Positions 10,676 to 21,478 of a DNA stretch of 64,000 nt are shown one piece after another. A program made the position numbers and the translations under genes. Origin of the DNA: Candidatus Bathyarchaeia archaeon (lineage in GTDB: Archaea; Thermoproteota; Bathyarchaeia; 40CM-2-53-6); assembly GCA_035656295.1 (NCBI GenBank), contig DASRSU010000008.1, positions 8,110 to 72,109 of the forward strand. The letters run 5' to 3'. The notes beneath the pieces are model-generated. The model searched no databases and was not told where the DNA came from. It was given only the letters and a program-made list of their open reading frames with translations. The stretch's first letter is position 1; each line of letters begins with the position of its first letter.

Positions 10676-13167
10676 CTAGCTTGTCTGTCTCTTGTGGGTC
10701 ACCTTCAATGAGATTCGCTTGACAAAGACAATTCCTTTTCCAGTGACGATTTCAAATTCTGCTGGGACAGGCGATGTCTTTCGGCCCGCAAGTCTCTTCA
10801 CACTGATCAGCCTCGCAGTCGATCCTCCCTTCTGAACTGCGTTTAGTTCTATTACTCCGTCCACTAGGTTGTCGACGTTCGATCTTACTTCTTCAGGGAT
10901 CGAACCTCTCGATCCGGCGAGTACCAAGATCCCGTTATTGTTCTTGACCTTGGCGCTGAGGGCTCTGAGAAAGTTGATGGTCGTCTGGGGTTGGACTCCA
11001 TTGAAGATCGGTGCGATAGAGTCCATGACGATCATGATAGGTCCCCCCTTCGCGTTTTCGATCATGCTGGTTACTTGGATCCCGGTCTCCGTGAAGTCAA
11101 CCGGGTCCCTTACCTGTGGATTCTCCACCCCTGCAAGAGCAGAATAACAGTCTAGAATCCTGAAGGTTCCATTCTTCAGATACTCATCCACATCCCACCC
11201 GAACGACTTCATGATCCGTTGAATCTCCGCAGGAAAGGCATCATACGTGATGAGCCCTGCATGCTTTCTGTTGAGAGTTGTCGGTACATCAATTCGAGGC
11301 TAAGCGTTGTAGTTCCAGAGCCGGTGTCACCAAGAATCAATAACGTGGTAGAGGGCGAAAACTCTCCGCCTGTAAGTTTGAAGAGTTCGTCGAACGACCC
11401 CTGTCCCGTGTTGAACCTTCTGACTAGCAGTAGACCTGCCCCTCCCGATCCAGCTATTAGAGCTGCTACGAAAAACCAGAACGTAAGAGACTGTGGAATC
11501 GCCGCTGCGGGCGATGTATTGACAATGACTGACTGCGTCTGCTGACCCGCATTGCCATAAGCATCCATGACTTTGACTGTGGTCACCCACAGTCCAGAAG
11601 GATCCGCTGACCGGACAACGTAGCTTCCCGCCCATCTCGACTGACCCTGAACGTACGAGAGCGACAATGGGGTTCCAGTCGGACTTCCATTAGAGGAAAA
11701 TGTTACAGTCACTGTCCCATTGGTGAAAATCGTACCGTTGGGGTTTGTGATGGTTGCATAGACGGGTATCACTTGCCCGGTCGTATATGTCTGGTTGGGA
11801 ATTGTGAGAATTATGTTGAAAGTTGCGAGTTGTACATTGAAGCCCCGGACAACACTCGTCAACGGGCCCCCGTTCCCGTAGCCGTCGTCGAAACTGTTCG
11901 GCTCAATTGTGGCTACCCATGCTCCCGTTGGAGCATTGATCGGTGTCTTGGACACCGCTTGGTATAGACCCGTACTAGAATTGTAGTTTGCGGTTATGAT
12001 GAACGATGTTGTTCCGTCTGGTGCAGTGATTCGGATGCTGGTCGACCCGGCCTGGACGGGTAGACCATTCAGGTAGAATACGCTGAAAGAATAGTATTGA
12101 GACTGTGTCCGTTGAATTACACCTTGTGCGACCGTGATCTGTGCGATCGTCACGTTCGTCGGATACACTGTAAACTGACGCACAATACCAACTACGGGAC
12201 CAGTGTTTCCATAGCTATCATTGAACATGCCCGGGTCGATGGCCGCCAACCAGTTGCCTTTCTGGCTACTAGCAGGTATCATGTATGTGGCTCGATATGC
12301 TGCGTAGGTCGAGTTGTAGACTGCAGTGGCAAAGACAGAGGTTACACCATCAGATTCCGTTAGCCTAATCTTCGCCGATCCCGTCTGCACAACTGGTCCA
12401 GTAGAGTAACTAACGGTGAAGGATACCGACTGTGTCTGAGTTCTCTGAATAGTTACCTGGCCGAGCAGCAGTGGCGAGATTGTGACATTGGCGGGATTCA
12501 TAGTGAACGCCTGCCTGTCAGGAACAATCTTGCTAGTCTGGCTTCCTGTAAGGGAGACCGTCCAGCCACCAATTGGTGCGTTTACGGGTATCTGCCATGA
12601 TGTTGATAATTGGCCGGTGGAGTCAGCGGTGATCGTGGTAGGATAGCCATTTGCGGAGGTTGAGCCCTGGAAAATATTGATCGTCGTCATTTCCAGGTTA
12701 CGGTAACCTGTGGCCTTGATGGAGACGGTGTTAGTCCGCTGGTAAGTCAGCCTGTCAGTTAGTCCAACTTGGAATTGTCCACTGGCTACGTTTGGGACAC
12801 TGGTTGGCAGGGTCTCGTTGATTATGACATTGTAGTTTCCTATGAGGACGATGCTCGTTGCAAAATCTCTCGGATATTGAAGACTGATAAGGAATGAGGC
12901 AGCTGTAGCAACAGTCTGGTTCGAATGATTCCTCACCACCCCCGACGGGTCCGTTACCCCCCATGTGAACTGGTAAGCGGTCCCGATAGTTGCGCGAGAA
13001 ACATTCATGACCAATACGTCTGCTGCCGTCCCAGTCTCCTGCTGTCTCGCGGGTACCGGCGTGAACGTGAAGACTTCTCCGGCCGCATGAACGTGAGGGA
13101 TAGCTGGGGTAAGGAGTACGAGAAAAGATAGGACCGGAATTCCAATACGGAATAGTTTGGAAATCAA
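10676..13167 (-). pseudogene. surface receptor-like protein with a cytoplasmic KaiC/RecA-like domain, split across two frames near 11213-11300
   Basis: From the N-terminus: signal peptide (LVLLTPAIPHVHAAG), ~520 aa with tandem ~110-aa repeats and many N-x-S/T sequons, one TM helix (FWFFVAALIAGSGGAGLLLV), then a KaiC-like start GSFDELFKLTGGEFSPSTTLLILGDTGSGTTTLSLEL with a degenerate P-loop (Lys->Thr). This frame then stops (11209). The domain continues in the other frame without its own upstream start (GLITYDAFPAEIQRIMKSFGWDVDEY...IMIVMDSIAP...VLAGSR...). Confidence 0.65.
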
Positions 13168-13467
13168 GGACTATGCAGCCTTATCTTAACACCCAGACCA
13201 GTGCGTTACGACCCGCATCGGTCCTTGATTGGACGACGCCTATGGTAAGAGTCCCGTAACTGAAAATGCTAGGACACAGTACCTTGGTCTCGTTTATTTG
13301 CCAGTTTGAGCTGGACTCGTCAGAACTGCGAGTATCTCGTCGAACCGTTGTCTACTGATCTTTCTGGTTGGTTCTATTTGAAGCTCTGACCGACAGCCGT
13401 TCTTCCACAAATCTTATCGCGAAGACCTGTTGCTCTAGTTTGCGAGGCAAGAAAAGGAGGGCATGTG

Positions 13468-13638
13468 ATGGCGTTTGTTTTCTGGTTCAGCTGGGCCCTG
13501 TTCATCGTGTTTGAGAGGATCACGCTCGGCATGCCTTGGCCAGCGAAGGATTTCCTGATTTCGCAGTTTGCAGATGAGTTTGAGGCGCAGCGGCAAGTTC
13601 TCAAAGTCAGGAGTATTTCGAAACATTGGGGCTCTTAG
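13468..13638 (+). CDS. small hydrophobic ORF (56 aa) with a strong Shine-Dalgarno
   Basis: AAAAGGAGGG 6 nt upstream of ATG 13468; MAFVFWFSWALFIVFERITLGMPWPAKDF... Shorter than the ORF-track cutoff. Confidence 0.25.
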   Translation: MAFVFWFSWALFIVFERITLGMPWPAKDFLISQFADEFEAQRQVLKVRSISKHWGS

Positions 13639-13768
13639 CAGTCTAGTAGTTCTCGTGTCGCTCGCTTGCACCGTGGGACTGGACCCTTCTCGGCGCGCAT
13701 ATCAGATTCTTCCTCTGGCTTGAACCGATAGCGATGTTCTGGCTTGTTCGGATGACGCGCACTGTGTA

Positions 13769-14671
13769 TTAAGTCACAGGCGCGACCTGTCCCACGATGG
13801 ATTTTGATCGCAACCCGGCCACCTTCGCCTCAAGTCCGGGAGCATCTAGGCGCTTGCACATGGTCGAGAAAGACTCGTCTGGTCCCTTCCAACTTAGCTC
13901 ATCTGGTGATTTGATCCTCGGCTCGTCCTTCCTAAGTGTCGCTAGGTCTCGGAACAGTAATGCGAGCTTCATGTTCTCCCGCAGCGTCTTCGCCAGCGCG
14001 TCGTATCGACGCGGTTTTATCTTCCACTCTGTTCCATCTGCGGGAATAGCTTCCAGGTGAGTATAGGACGAGAGTACAGCGGAGGTCGATTTTTCTCCCC
14101 AGCCCTCCAAGCCTGGATATCCATCCGAGGTATCTCCGACCAATGCGAGATAATCAGGAATCGACGAAGGCGCGACACCATACTTTTCGATAACGCCAAT
14201 CTCGTCCCGGTAGCGCTGGGCCCGTCGGTCCAGTTGTAAGACACGATCGCTAACGACACACTGGGCCAGGTCCTTGTCCGGCGTGCAGATCAAAACATGA
14301 TGAACTTCACTGAACCTACCCAATGAGGCGGCCGCGCCCGCCAGTGCATCGTCAGCCTCTAATTCCACCATTGGCCAGACCACAACACCCATCGCTGTAA
14401 GAGCCTCCTCCAGCAATGGAAATTGCGCCAACAACTGTGGAGGTACGCCCTCCTCCGTCTTGTATCCGGGCCAGAGATCATTGCGGAAAGAACGGATCAC
14501 GTGATCTGTAGCAACACCGACGTGCGTCACACTATTCTCAAGCATCGACGCCACACTATCGAGCACGCCAACAACAGCCCCAACCTCTTCTCCCACAGAA
14601 TTCACGTGCGAGGGCACTGCGTAGAAGTGTCGGAATAATTCGTATGTGCCATCGACGAGGTAGACGTCCAA
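13769..14671 (-). CDS. bacterial-type 5'-3' exonuclease / flap endonuclease (Pol I N-terminal domain homologue, ExoIX/Xni-like)
   Basis: HVGVATDH, acidic VELEADDALAG, and an H3TH region LALVGDTSDGYPGLEGWGEKSTSAVL. About 300 aa. Confidence 0.8.
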   Translation of the reverse strand: MDVYLVDGTYELFRHFYAVPSHVNSVGEEVGAVVGVLDSVASMLENSVTHVGVATDHVIRSFRNDLWPGYKTEEGVPPQLLAQFPLLEEALTAMGVVVWPMVELEADDALAGAAASLGRFSEVHHVLICTPDKDLAQCVVSDRVLQLDRRAQRYRDEIGVIEKYGVAPSSIPDYLALVGDTSDGYPGLEGWGEKSTSAVLSSYTHLEAIPADGTEWKIKPRRYDALAKTLRENMKLALLFRDLATLRKDEPRIKSPDELSWKGPDESFSTMCKRLDAPGLEAKVAGLRSKSIVGQVAPVT

Positions 14672-14780
14672 CGCGGGAAATACTCGGCTACAATACGGCT
14701 GATCTTCTTGATTATCCCTTCGCCTTCTCCCATCAGCTTAAATCACGTTTCATCATGAGCCAGTCCAGGAGCCAGTCCGC

Positions 14781-15218
14781 ATGGCTACTCGTGCGACTAT
14801 AGCTTTCGTTCTCTCTATCATCGGAGCAACTTATCAGATAATGTCGTTTGGACTAGCAGCGCTTGTCGATTTGAGGGCTTCTTCTCTGTACTTGTACTAT
14901 GGTGGTTTCACAGACACGTTCCTACTGACCCTGGTCACTTTCTGGGCTGCCAGCCATCTCCTGGAAGACTGGAAGGGTCGAGCAACCTGGCCCGCGATAA
15001 TACTCGCGCTAGGCATTGCAAATGTATCCAACCTTGTCATTGCATATTTCCTGCCGTACAATGTACTGGGAACACCCTTGGGCACGAACCCGTCGCTAGC
15101 GCAATTCCTCGTAATAATACCGGGATCAATACTCGCACTGGTCGGAGGCCTCGTCGGGTTCGCGGCCGTACGACAATATTCACGGGAACACGGCCATGTA
15201 ATCGTACACCAGCCCTGA
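14781..15218 (+). CDS. hypothetical integral membrane protein
   Basis: 145 aa, four hydrophobic helices. Confidence 0.45.
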   Translation: MATRATIAFVLSIIGATYQIMSFGLAALVDLRASSLYLYYGGFTDTFLLTLVTFWAASHLLEDWKGRATWPAIILALGIANVSNLVIAYFLPYNVLGTPLGTNPSLAQFLVIIPGSILALVGGLVGFAAVRQYSREHGHVIVHQP

Positions 15219-15287
15219 CACCCTCCTCTCCGCACGAATCCTTATCCATACATGGCTAGGCTCGTTCTTCCAACCAGGTAATCACAA

Positions 15288-16928
15288 ATGTCTGAAATGC
15301 CGATCTATATTTTGAGAGAAGGCACCAACCGCACCCGCGGAAAGGATGCCCAGCGAACCAACATCATGGCCGCCAAGATCATCGCCGAAACAGTCCGCTC
15401 AACCCTCGGTCCCCGCGGCATGGACAAGATGCTGGTCGCCAGCATCGGAGACGTCGTCATAACAAACGACGGCGCCACGATCGTGAAGGAGATGGATGTT
15501 CAACATCCCGCAGCCAAGATGCTGGTCGAAGTTGCCAAGACACAGGATAGCGAGGTTGGAGATGGGACCACGACCGCTGTCGTACTAGCGGGCGAATTAC
15601 TAGCAGGCGCGGAAAAACTTCTCGACAAGGACGTTCATCCCAACGTTATCATCGACGGTTACCGGGACGCAGCGGAGAAGGCCTTAGAGGTTTTAGATGA
15701 TATTGCTGTCAGCATCAAACCTGACGACGTAGAACAATTGAAACAGGTCGCGTTGACCAGTCTAAACACGAAAGGCATCTTCGGATCACAGGAACACTTT
15801 GCGGATCTAGCCGTCGAAGCCATTCGCGATGTAATGGAAAGGACCGGTGACAAGATCAATGTCGACCTCGACCTTGTCAAGGTGATCAAGAAGCATGGAA
15901 AGAGCCTGGACGATACCGAGCTCGTGAACGGGATCGTCATCGACAAGGAACCATCTCATTCCGCGATGCCGAAGGTTGTGAAAGACGCGGCCATCGCATT
16001 GCTGAACGCGAAGCTCGAGATCGAGAAGGGCGAGTTCACTAGCGAGATCAGGATTAACCGGCCTGAAGAGATGCTGCAATACTTGGATGAGGAGACTAAT
16101 CTTCTCAAGAAGATGGTTGACCAAGTCGAAGAATCCGGCGCCAACGTATTACTCACGCAGTCCGGGATTGATGATGAAGCTCTGGCAATGCTTGCGAAGC
16201 GAGGAATATTCGCCATCAAGAACGTCAGCAGCAGCGACCTAGAAAAGCTAGCCAAAGCTACTGGCGCCAAAATAGTTGGCACCGTCAAAGATCTCTCGGC
16301 CGCATCGCTTGGCCAAGCCAAGCTCGTCGAGGAGGTTAAGATTGGCGACGACAAGCTGACCTATGTCCGGGAAGCCAAGAATCCGAAAGCGGTTACGATA
16401 ATGATACGCGGCGGATCCGAACACGTAGTAGACGAGGCAGAGAGGGCATTACACGACGCATTATCCGTTGTCAGAGATGCGGTTGAAGATGGAAAAGTTG
16501 TCGCCGGTGGAGGCGCCCCCGAAGCAGAACTTGCTAAGCGATTGAAAGATTATGGGAGGAATGCTGGAGGCAGAAGTCGATTAGCTATCACGGCCTTCGC
16601 AGAAGCATTAGAGGAAATACCTGTCGCACTGGCCCAGAACGCGGGGTTAGATCCTATCGATATCATGGTCGAGCTCCGGGCGAAACACAATACTCCGACC
16701 AACAAATGGTATGGCGTAGACGTATACACGGGCAACATAGTCGACATGTGGAAACTGAACGTCATCGAACCATTACGAGTCAAGAAACAGGTCGTCAAGT
16801 CGGCCTCTGAAGTCGTAAACATGCTCATACGCGTCGACGACGTGATCGCTTCGAAGGGTGGAGGTCCTAGTTCTAGTGCGCCCAAGGGGCCGCCTGGCGG
16901 CATGCCACCCGGCATGATGGGAATGTAG
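15288..16928 (+). CDS. ths: thermosome subunit (group II chaperonin)
   Basis: 546 aa; [29 protein letters not shown], and a C-terminal [10 protein letters not shown] tail. Confidence 0.96.
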   Translation: MSEMPIYILREGTNRTRGKDAQRTNIMAAKIIAETVRSTLGPRGMDKMLVASIGDVVITNDGATIVKEMDVQHPAAKMLVEVAKTQDSEVGDGTTTAVVLAGELLAGAEKLLDKDVHPNVIIDGYRDAAEKALEVLDDIAVSIKPDDVEQLKQVALTSLNTKGIFGSQEHFADLAVEAIRDVMERTGDKINVDLDLVKVIKKHGKSLDDTELVNGIVIDKEPSHSAMPKVVKDAAIALLNAKLEIEKGEFTSEIRINRPEEMLQYLDEETNLLKKMVDQVEESGANVLLTQSGIDDEALAMLAKRGIFAIKNVSSSDLEKLAKATGAKIVGTVKDLSAASLGQAKLVEEVKIGDDKLTYVREAKNPKAVTIMIRGGSEHVVDEAERALHDALSVVRDAVEDGKVVAGGGAPEAELAKRLKDYGRNAGGRSRLAITAFAEALEEIPVALAQNAGLDPIDIMVELRAKHNTPTNKWYGVDVYTGNIVDMWKLNVIEPLRVKKQVVKSASEVVNMLIRVDDVIASKGGGPSSSAPKGPPGGMPPGMMGM

Positions 16929-17531
16929 ACCCGGAACCTACAAACATTCACAATCCTCTTCCTACTATTCTAGCAGATCCTAGGCATTAGACCGGTCTGG
17001 ATGGTAATGAGAGTATAATGCCGGATCTGCGGACAGACTATCGAGCACGGACTCTTCACAAGGGCCTGGACTATTACCCACTACGGAACCCAACACGCCG
17101 AATATGCGACATGGCTCCGACGCTGGTTCATAACATTCGTAATGGTCGGGGCCGTTGACGCTTCAATTCTCGGACTCTTCCTCTATCTCTACTACAACTA
17201 CTGGACACCCGGCAGTCTAGACTCTCTAGTCTCACTAGCTCCAATTCTATACCTGATACCATTATTGATCCTCATGTTTCGGTTCACGCAAAAGCGCAGA
17301 TTCTACAAGCGACAATGGCAGGAAGAACATCCGCGGAGTCCTTGAATAAACTAGGCTCGATAATCAGTCTCTGGTTTTTCCTTCCTATCTCCTCTCCACT
17401 CTGTCTCCTCGACTTCTCATTCCTCTTCGGTCCGCATACGATCCGGGACCCGGCCACGCACTATGTGAGCATTAACAGTCATTGTCGGAAACAAAAAAGG
17501 CGGGAGTAGTCGATGAGCTATACTAATGCTA

Positions 17532-18065
17532 TTACTGCTTGAAGACTGGTGCATAAGCGAGTAGTGTCTCGCTGCGGAAGAGGCCCCCAACGTTCGTTAG
17601 TTGGTTTATGGAGGTCTTCATAATCTCTTCAGGAGTCCTAGCCTGCCAGAGTGCTACAATATCGAATTGTCCTGGTACTGCGAATGCTTCGACGAATCCT
17701 GGGATATTGCTCAACTGTTTGATACTGTTTCCTAACGGAGAATGCTCGACATGTAATAGGCTAAAGCCTAATGCTTGCTGAGTTTCCAGCTTCTTATTCG
17801 GCTGAATACCGTCCATTGCTGTATGGGTAGTAGTAGTGCGTACGTCGCTGATAGCGCGGATTTGGTTGACTGTATTGTAGACTTCGTTTGGCGCACTGCT
17901 CTTTAATCGTAGAGCGAGGTCGTATCGGCCTGTTACTGGTGCGACAATGTCGATCTGGTTGAATGTCTTTAGCTCGTCGACCACTTTCTGTATTCGGCCC
18001 GGGTTAACGGTCGCGAACACGTAGGTCGGGAATTGCGTATTCGATTGCATATTTATTCCAAACAT
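17532..18065 (-). CDS. Lrp/AsnC-type ligand-binding (RAM) domain protein, tandem double-RAM without HTH
   Basis: Two consecutive AsnC C-terminal-domain-like units (YVFATVNPGRIQKVVDEL...DIVAPVTGRYDLALRLK and GFVEAFAVPGQFDIVALWQARTPEEI). Confidence 0.55.
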   Translation of the reverse strand: MFGINMQSNTQFPTYVFATVNPGRIQKVVDELKTFNQIDIVAPVTGRYDLALRLKSSAPNEVYNTVNQIRAISDVRTTTTHTAMDGIQPNKKLETQQALGFSLLHVEHSPLGNSIKQLSNIPGFVEAFAVPGQFDIVALWQARTPEEIMKTSINQLTNVGGLFRSETLLAYAPVFKQ

Positions 18066-18149
18066 GTAATACCTGTTACTTGCTTATAAGGATTGAATAC
18101 CACCAATCTAATATATTACAATCAGGTAATACTATGTAGAAGACGAGGC

Positions 18150-18839
18150 ATGACCGCCAGCTTCAGCGATACAACCGTCCCGGAAGCAGTACGCCAGATA
18201 CTAACGCGCAACTATCCCGTCTACCAATCCCTCAAGATGAAAGTAGTCAACTTCCACGCCCTCGCCGAACTAATCCAGTCCAAAGTCAAAGAGATCACCG
18301 GTAAAGAATCCAGCATCAATACGCTGGTGGTTGCGATCAAGAGATTCTCCGATACGCTAGAGCCATTGGAGAAACCTGACATTGGAAGCATACTAGGCAA
18401 CGCCCGGATCTCATTAACAAGCGGAATAGTCGACCTGACAATCAAAGCACCGAAGACACAGTTTTCGAATATCGTACGAGACGTCTCCGAGATAGGCGCC
18501 GAGTTATCCGAGTTCCCACACATCTTCCCACTAGCAACCTCGATCAAATTAATCATGCCAAGCGAAGACTATGAACAGGTCAAAGAGAAACTAGGCCAGT
18601 TCACCGGTGGTCACCCCTTGATCCATGCAGCAAAGCTCACCTTGCACATGTCGCCATCGGCGGAGATGAAGCCTGGAATAGCCTCATACCTGACAGAATT
18701 ATTGTACCGTAATGGAGTCAATATCCACGACGCATTCCTCGGCTACGGGGACATAATCATGGTCGTCGACGATCATGATGGTCCACAAGCCTACGAGATA
18801 TTGCAACGAGAAATCAACGATCAAATGAGAAAATTCTAG
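18150..18839 (+). CDS. ACT-domain-containing protein (COG2150-like putative amino-acid-responsive regulator)
   Basis: C-terminal ACT-like unit (AKLTLHMSPSAEMKPGIASYLTELLYRNGVNIHDAFLGYGDIIMVVDDHD). Start set at ATG 18150 (Met20 of listed ORF). Divergent from the double-RAM gene with an AT-rich intergenic region. Confidence 0.45.
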   Translation: MTASFSDTTVPEAVRQILTRNYPVYQSLKMKVVNFHALAELIQSKVKEITGKESSINTLVVAIKRFSDTLEPLEKPDIGSILGNARISLTSGIVDLTIKAPKTQFSNIVRDVSEIGAELSEFPHIFPLATSIKLIMPSEDYEQVKEKLGQFTGGHPLIHAAKLTLHMSPSAEMKPGIASYLTELLYRNGVNIHDAFLGYGDIIMVVDDHDGPQAYEILQREINDQMRKF

Positions 18840-18947
18840 GCCTTCAGCGACGGTGGCACCATGATGGAAACGCGCACCGAAAAAAGTACTAAATCATTTT
18901 TGTTATGGCTCCATAACCCAATTGTTGAACGCCCGCGGAGAAAGTTA

Positions 18948-19343
18948 TCAACCCGACGTTTTTTCTCGGACCCGGCAACCAGGCAGGTTCCAGCTCCGAC
19001 CTAGAAATGAAACAGTGGCACCTAATAGACTAATCCAGAACCCAAAGCCACGACTGTAATGAGTAGGGCCGATGATTGTTGAAAGAAAGAACACGGGGCT
19101 AATCGTGAGATATGCAATCGAGCCACTCATTGTGATGAGGGCCCCGCATCGGGACACTAGAGTTGTTAACCCGCCTACGAGAATCAACCAGGGTATGAAG
19201 GGCATGCCAGGGCTATATTCGAATACGGAGAATGAACGACCCCCTTCGATCGTCAGCCACGGAAGAACTAGAGATACCTCAATAATAACACACCCAATTA
19301 TGTTACAGCCAAGTCTGAGTGTGGAAGGTAACGAGATAGGCAT
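18948..19343 (-). CDS. hypothetical membrane protein
   Basis: 131 aa hydrophobic; co-directional and 15 nt downstream of the phosphoesterase gene. Confidence 0.4.
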   Translation of the reverse strand: MPISLPSTLRLGCNIIGCVIIEVSLVLPWLTIEGGRSFSVFEYSPGMPFIPWLILVGGLTTLVSRCGALITMSGSIAYLTISPVFFLSTIIGPTHYSRGFGFWISLLGATVSFLGRSWNLPGCRVREKTSG

Positions 19344-19357
19344 GGGCGATCGGAGAA

Positions 19358-20359
19358 CTAGGGCTTTGAGGGTGGCGGCTGTAAAGGTTTCTGGTTATAG
19401 TCGAAACAATCCATCATGTCATCAGCGCCCCCATCCCGCTTATTCAACGCGGCCAATCCGAAAATAGACTCGCAGAAGCGTAGGAGGCTGACGTGTGAAT
19501 GCAGTTTTTTCGAGATATAACCAGGTCTAGCATAGGGCCCGATTACGAGACATCCGACACGCGACCCATACCTGAACTCAGTATTCTTGTACGATACCTG
19601 TGGAGCGGCAAGTGTCCACGTCTCCACGTTAGGCGGCTGGACATGATCGTACCAGCCACCCCAATCATCCCACGTAATGAAAATACTCGTCCTGGGCCAT
19701 AGTCCGCCCTTGACAATCGCATTTACCTGGTCCACGGTCCACTGCATCCCCTTCGTCACGTTCCCCATCACCCCAGACATCTTGCCATATGGTGGGTGCT
19801 CGTCGAACTCGCTCGGAGCATACACCCAGGACACGCTCGGCAGCTTTCCAGTGGAAGCATCCTTGGCAAACTGGTCCGAAGTAAACTTCCTCCTACTACT
19901 AACCCCGCTCAGATATTCAAAGGCGTAGCCTCCATAGTTTCCCCAGCTCAGTCGACTTCGCTCAAGAGACAGTGGAAGCGACGCGGATATTGACCGTGGC
20001 GGAGTACCCCCACGCGGCGGATTATCAATAAACGGCGAATCAGCAGCTATGAGCATTAGATGATTTGGTGTCGATGGGCCTGCTACCTCGGTAAAGTATT
20101 GGTCGCAGAGCGTAAACTTGCGCGCATACGCGAAGTATCCCGGAATGTTCGACTCGACAAACTGTTCCCTGACCGAGGTGGTCTCGCGGGTAAGCCATGC
20201 GCTGTGGCGATGGTCTGGGTCATGCAACGGCGGATTCTGCGAAACAGGCATTTTCAACCCGTTAGCGCCGGGAAAGGTTCCGAAGTAATTGTCGAAAGTA
20301 TGATTCTCCTTGACAATGATCACTACATGTTCCGGCTTACTGGAAACGACGTTGGACAA
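19358..20359 (-). CDS. phosphoesterase family protein (phospholipase C / AcpA acid phosphatase family)
   Basis: N-terminal family signature HVVIIVKENHTFDNYFGTF; W/D-rich C-terminal half (ITWDDWGGWYDH). Confidence 0.75.
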   Translation of the reverse strand: MSNVVSSKPEHVVIIVKENHTFDNYFGTFPGANGLKMPVSQNPPLHDPDHRHSAWLTRETTSVREQFVESNIPGYFAYARKFTLCDQYFTEVAGPSTPNHLMLIAADSPFIDNPPRGGTPPRSISASLPLSLERSRLSWGNYGGYAFEYLSGVSSRRKFTSDQFAKDASTGKLPSVSWVYAPSEFDEHPPYGKMSGVMGNVTKGMQWTVDQVNAIVKGGLWPRTSIFITWDDWGGWYDHVQPPNVETWTLAAPQVSYKNTEFRYGSRVGCLVIGPYARPGYISKKLHSHVSLLRFCESIFGLAALNKRDGGADDMMDCFDYNQKPLQPPPSKP

Positions 20360-20376
20360 GTCTATGATCCCTTAGA

Positions 20377-21003
20377 TCAGCGGTTACGGCGACGCTTGGC
20401 CTTCCTCGACTTCATAGAGTTATTGTCTCTCTGGAAAAACAGCCCGAACGCTAGTACAGCAAGAATCCCCGCGAATACGAGTGCGGCATTGTAGCTGAGC
20501 AGTATCTCTCCGATGGCAAAGTTTGCTCGGACCCAGGACTGCATGCTCAGGCTGGACGAATACTCCCCGACCAGTCCAGCATAGATGAGGACTAATAATC
20601 CGGCCTCGACCAGTCCGACCAGCATCGTCCGAGAAACCTTTCTCGTCGGAATATCCTCTGGAGTGAAGATTGCGTGGACACCTTTCATCGATCCAGTCCT
20701 CCCCCAGCTTCTAGCTTCGATCGTGTTCAAGCCAATCGAGTCATCTGACAAGTCATCTCCAGGCAATGAGACATCTGAGTTCTCGCCCCGGATCCAGGAT
20801 CGTACGACAGGTGTCCGTGACTTTCGTTTGAGCAGGGCCCAGCCTGTGCCTGCGAAGACGAGGGCGATTCCTATCGCGGTAAGCCAGAACGGAAGTGGAC
20901 TACTCGCGAATGCCACAGGATCCAGCCTAGCTGAGCCATTGAAAAGTCCATGCTTCGATCGTACACCCGGACGGACAAGAAGAGTAGCTTGCGCATATGT
21001 CAT
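20377..21003 (-). CDS. hypothetical membrane protein
   Basis: 208 aa with a TM near the N-terminus and two at the C-terminus, basic tail. Confidence 0.4.
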   Translation of the reverse strand: MTYAQATLLVRPGVRSKHGLFNGSARLDPVAFASSPLPFWLTAIGIALVFAGTGWALLKRKSRTPVVRSWIRGENSDVSLPGDDLSDDSIGLNTIEARSWGRTGSMKGVHAIFTPEDIPTRKVSRTMLVGLVEAGLLVLIYAGLVGEYSSSLSMQSWVRANFAIGEILLSYNAALVFAGILAVLAFGLFFQRDNNSMKSRKAKRRRNR

Positions 21004-21397
21004 ACGCTCCTGTCGCTAATGTGACAGCTTGGCCCGAAACGAGACCTGTGAAACCCGTACAGCTCGTGGCAGAATGTGGAACATAACCAACACTATTGAT
21101 GTCAGGGGGCAGGTTGAAAGTCGCAGTATCCGTACCACCAGTTGTAACAGTGAAGCCAGCAACCCTCGGCCCGCCACCACAGTCGTACCTCAGAGTTCCG
21201 GCGATCGGAGCACCGTTCAAAACCAGAGAGCCGCAGCATGGAACTGTTGTGCCGGCTGATGGCGCCGGGATGACAGTCTGCGGAATCTGTAATGATGTAA
21301 TCGCCTGAACAGACCCGATCAACAAGATCCCAGTCACAACAACGATCATCGGCTTACCATAACGCCGAGAAAGAAATCGTTCGAGAAAGCTCGCCAT
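20927..21397 (-). CDS. secreted Cys-rich hypothetical protein
   Basis: Signal-anchor (MIVVVTGILLIGSVQA) then Cys/Gly/Thr-rich domain; start set at Met9 (21397) of the listed ORF. Confidence 0.4.
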   Translation of the reverse strand: MASFLERFLSRRYGKPMIVVVTGILLIGSVQAITSLQIPQTVIPAPSAGTTVPCCGSLVLNGAPIAGTLRYDCGGGPRVAGFTVTTGGTDTATFNLPPDINSVGYVPHSATSCTGFTGLVSGQAVTLATGAYDICASYSSCPSGCTIEAWTFQWLS

Positions 21398-21478
21398 GTT
21401 TCGGTTGTGAAAACAGTACACGTCATAAGTCTATCTTGACCACAAGCCTCGCTGTTCAGAAATGCTAGCAACGATTCT

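Noticed and set aside
11209-13167. Interpreting the 652-aa ORF as a stand-alone secreted protein unrelated to the 178-aa ATPase ORF
   Set aside because: The 652-aa ORF ends inside a KaiC-like Walker-A region, and the RecA-fold continuation is in the adjacent frame without its own upstream start. A single disrupted gene is the more parsimonious reading.
15659-16354. Antisense ORFs inside the thermosome gene (15659..15946, 15807..16124, 15956..16354), and likewise the Cys/Arg-rich plus-strand ORFs 39976..41215 inside the protease gene
   Set aside because: Shadow ORFs opposite or offset from long, well-supported genes.
19072-19467. Plus-strand 131-aa ORF overlapping the minus-strand membrane-protein gene 18948..19343
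   Set aside because: Arg/Pro-rich composition typical of antisense ORFs. The minus-strand ORF is co-directional with and adjacent to the phosphoesterase gene.
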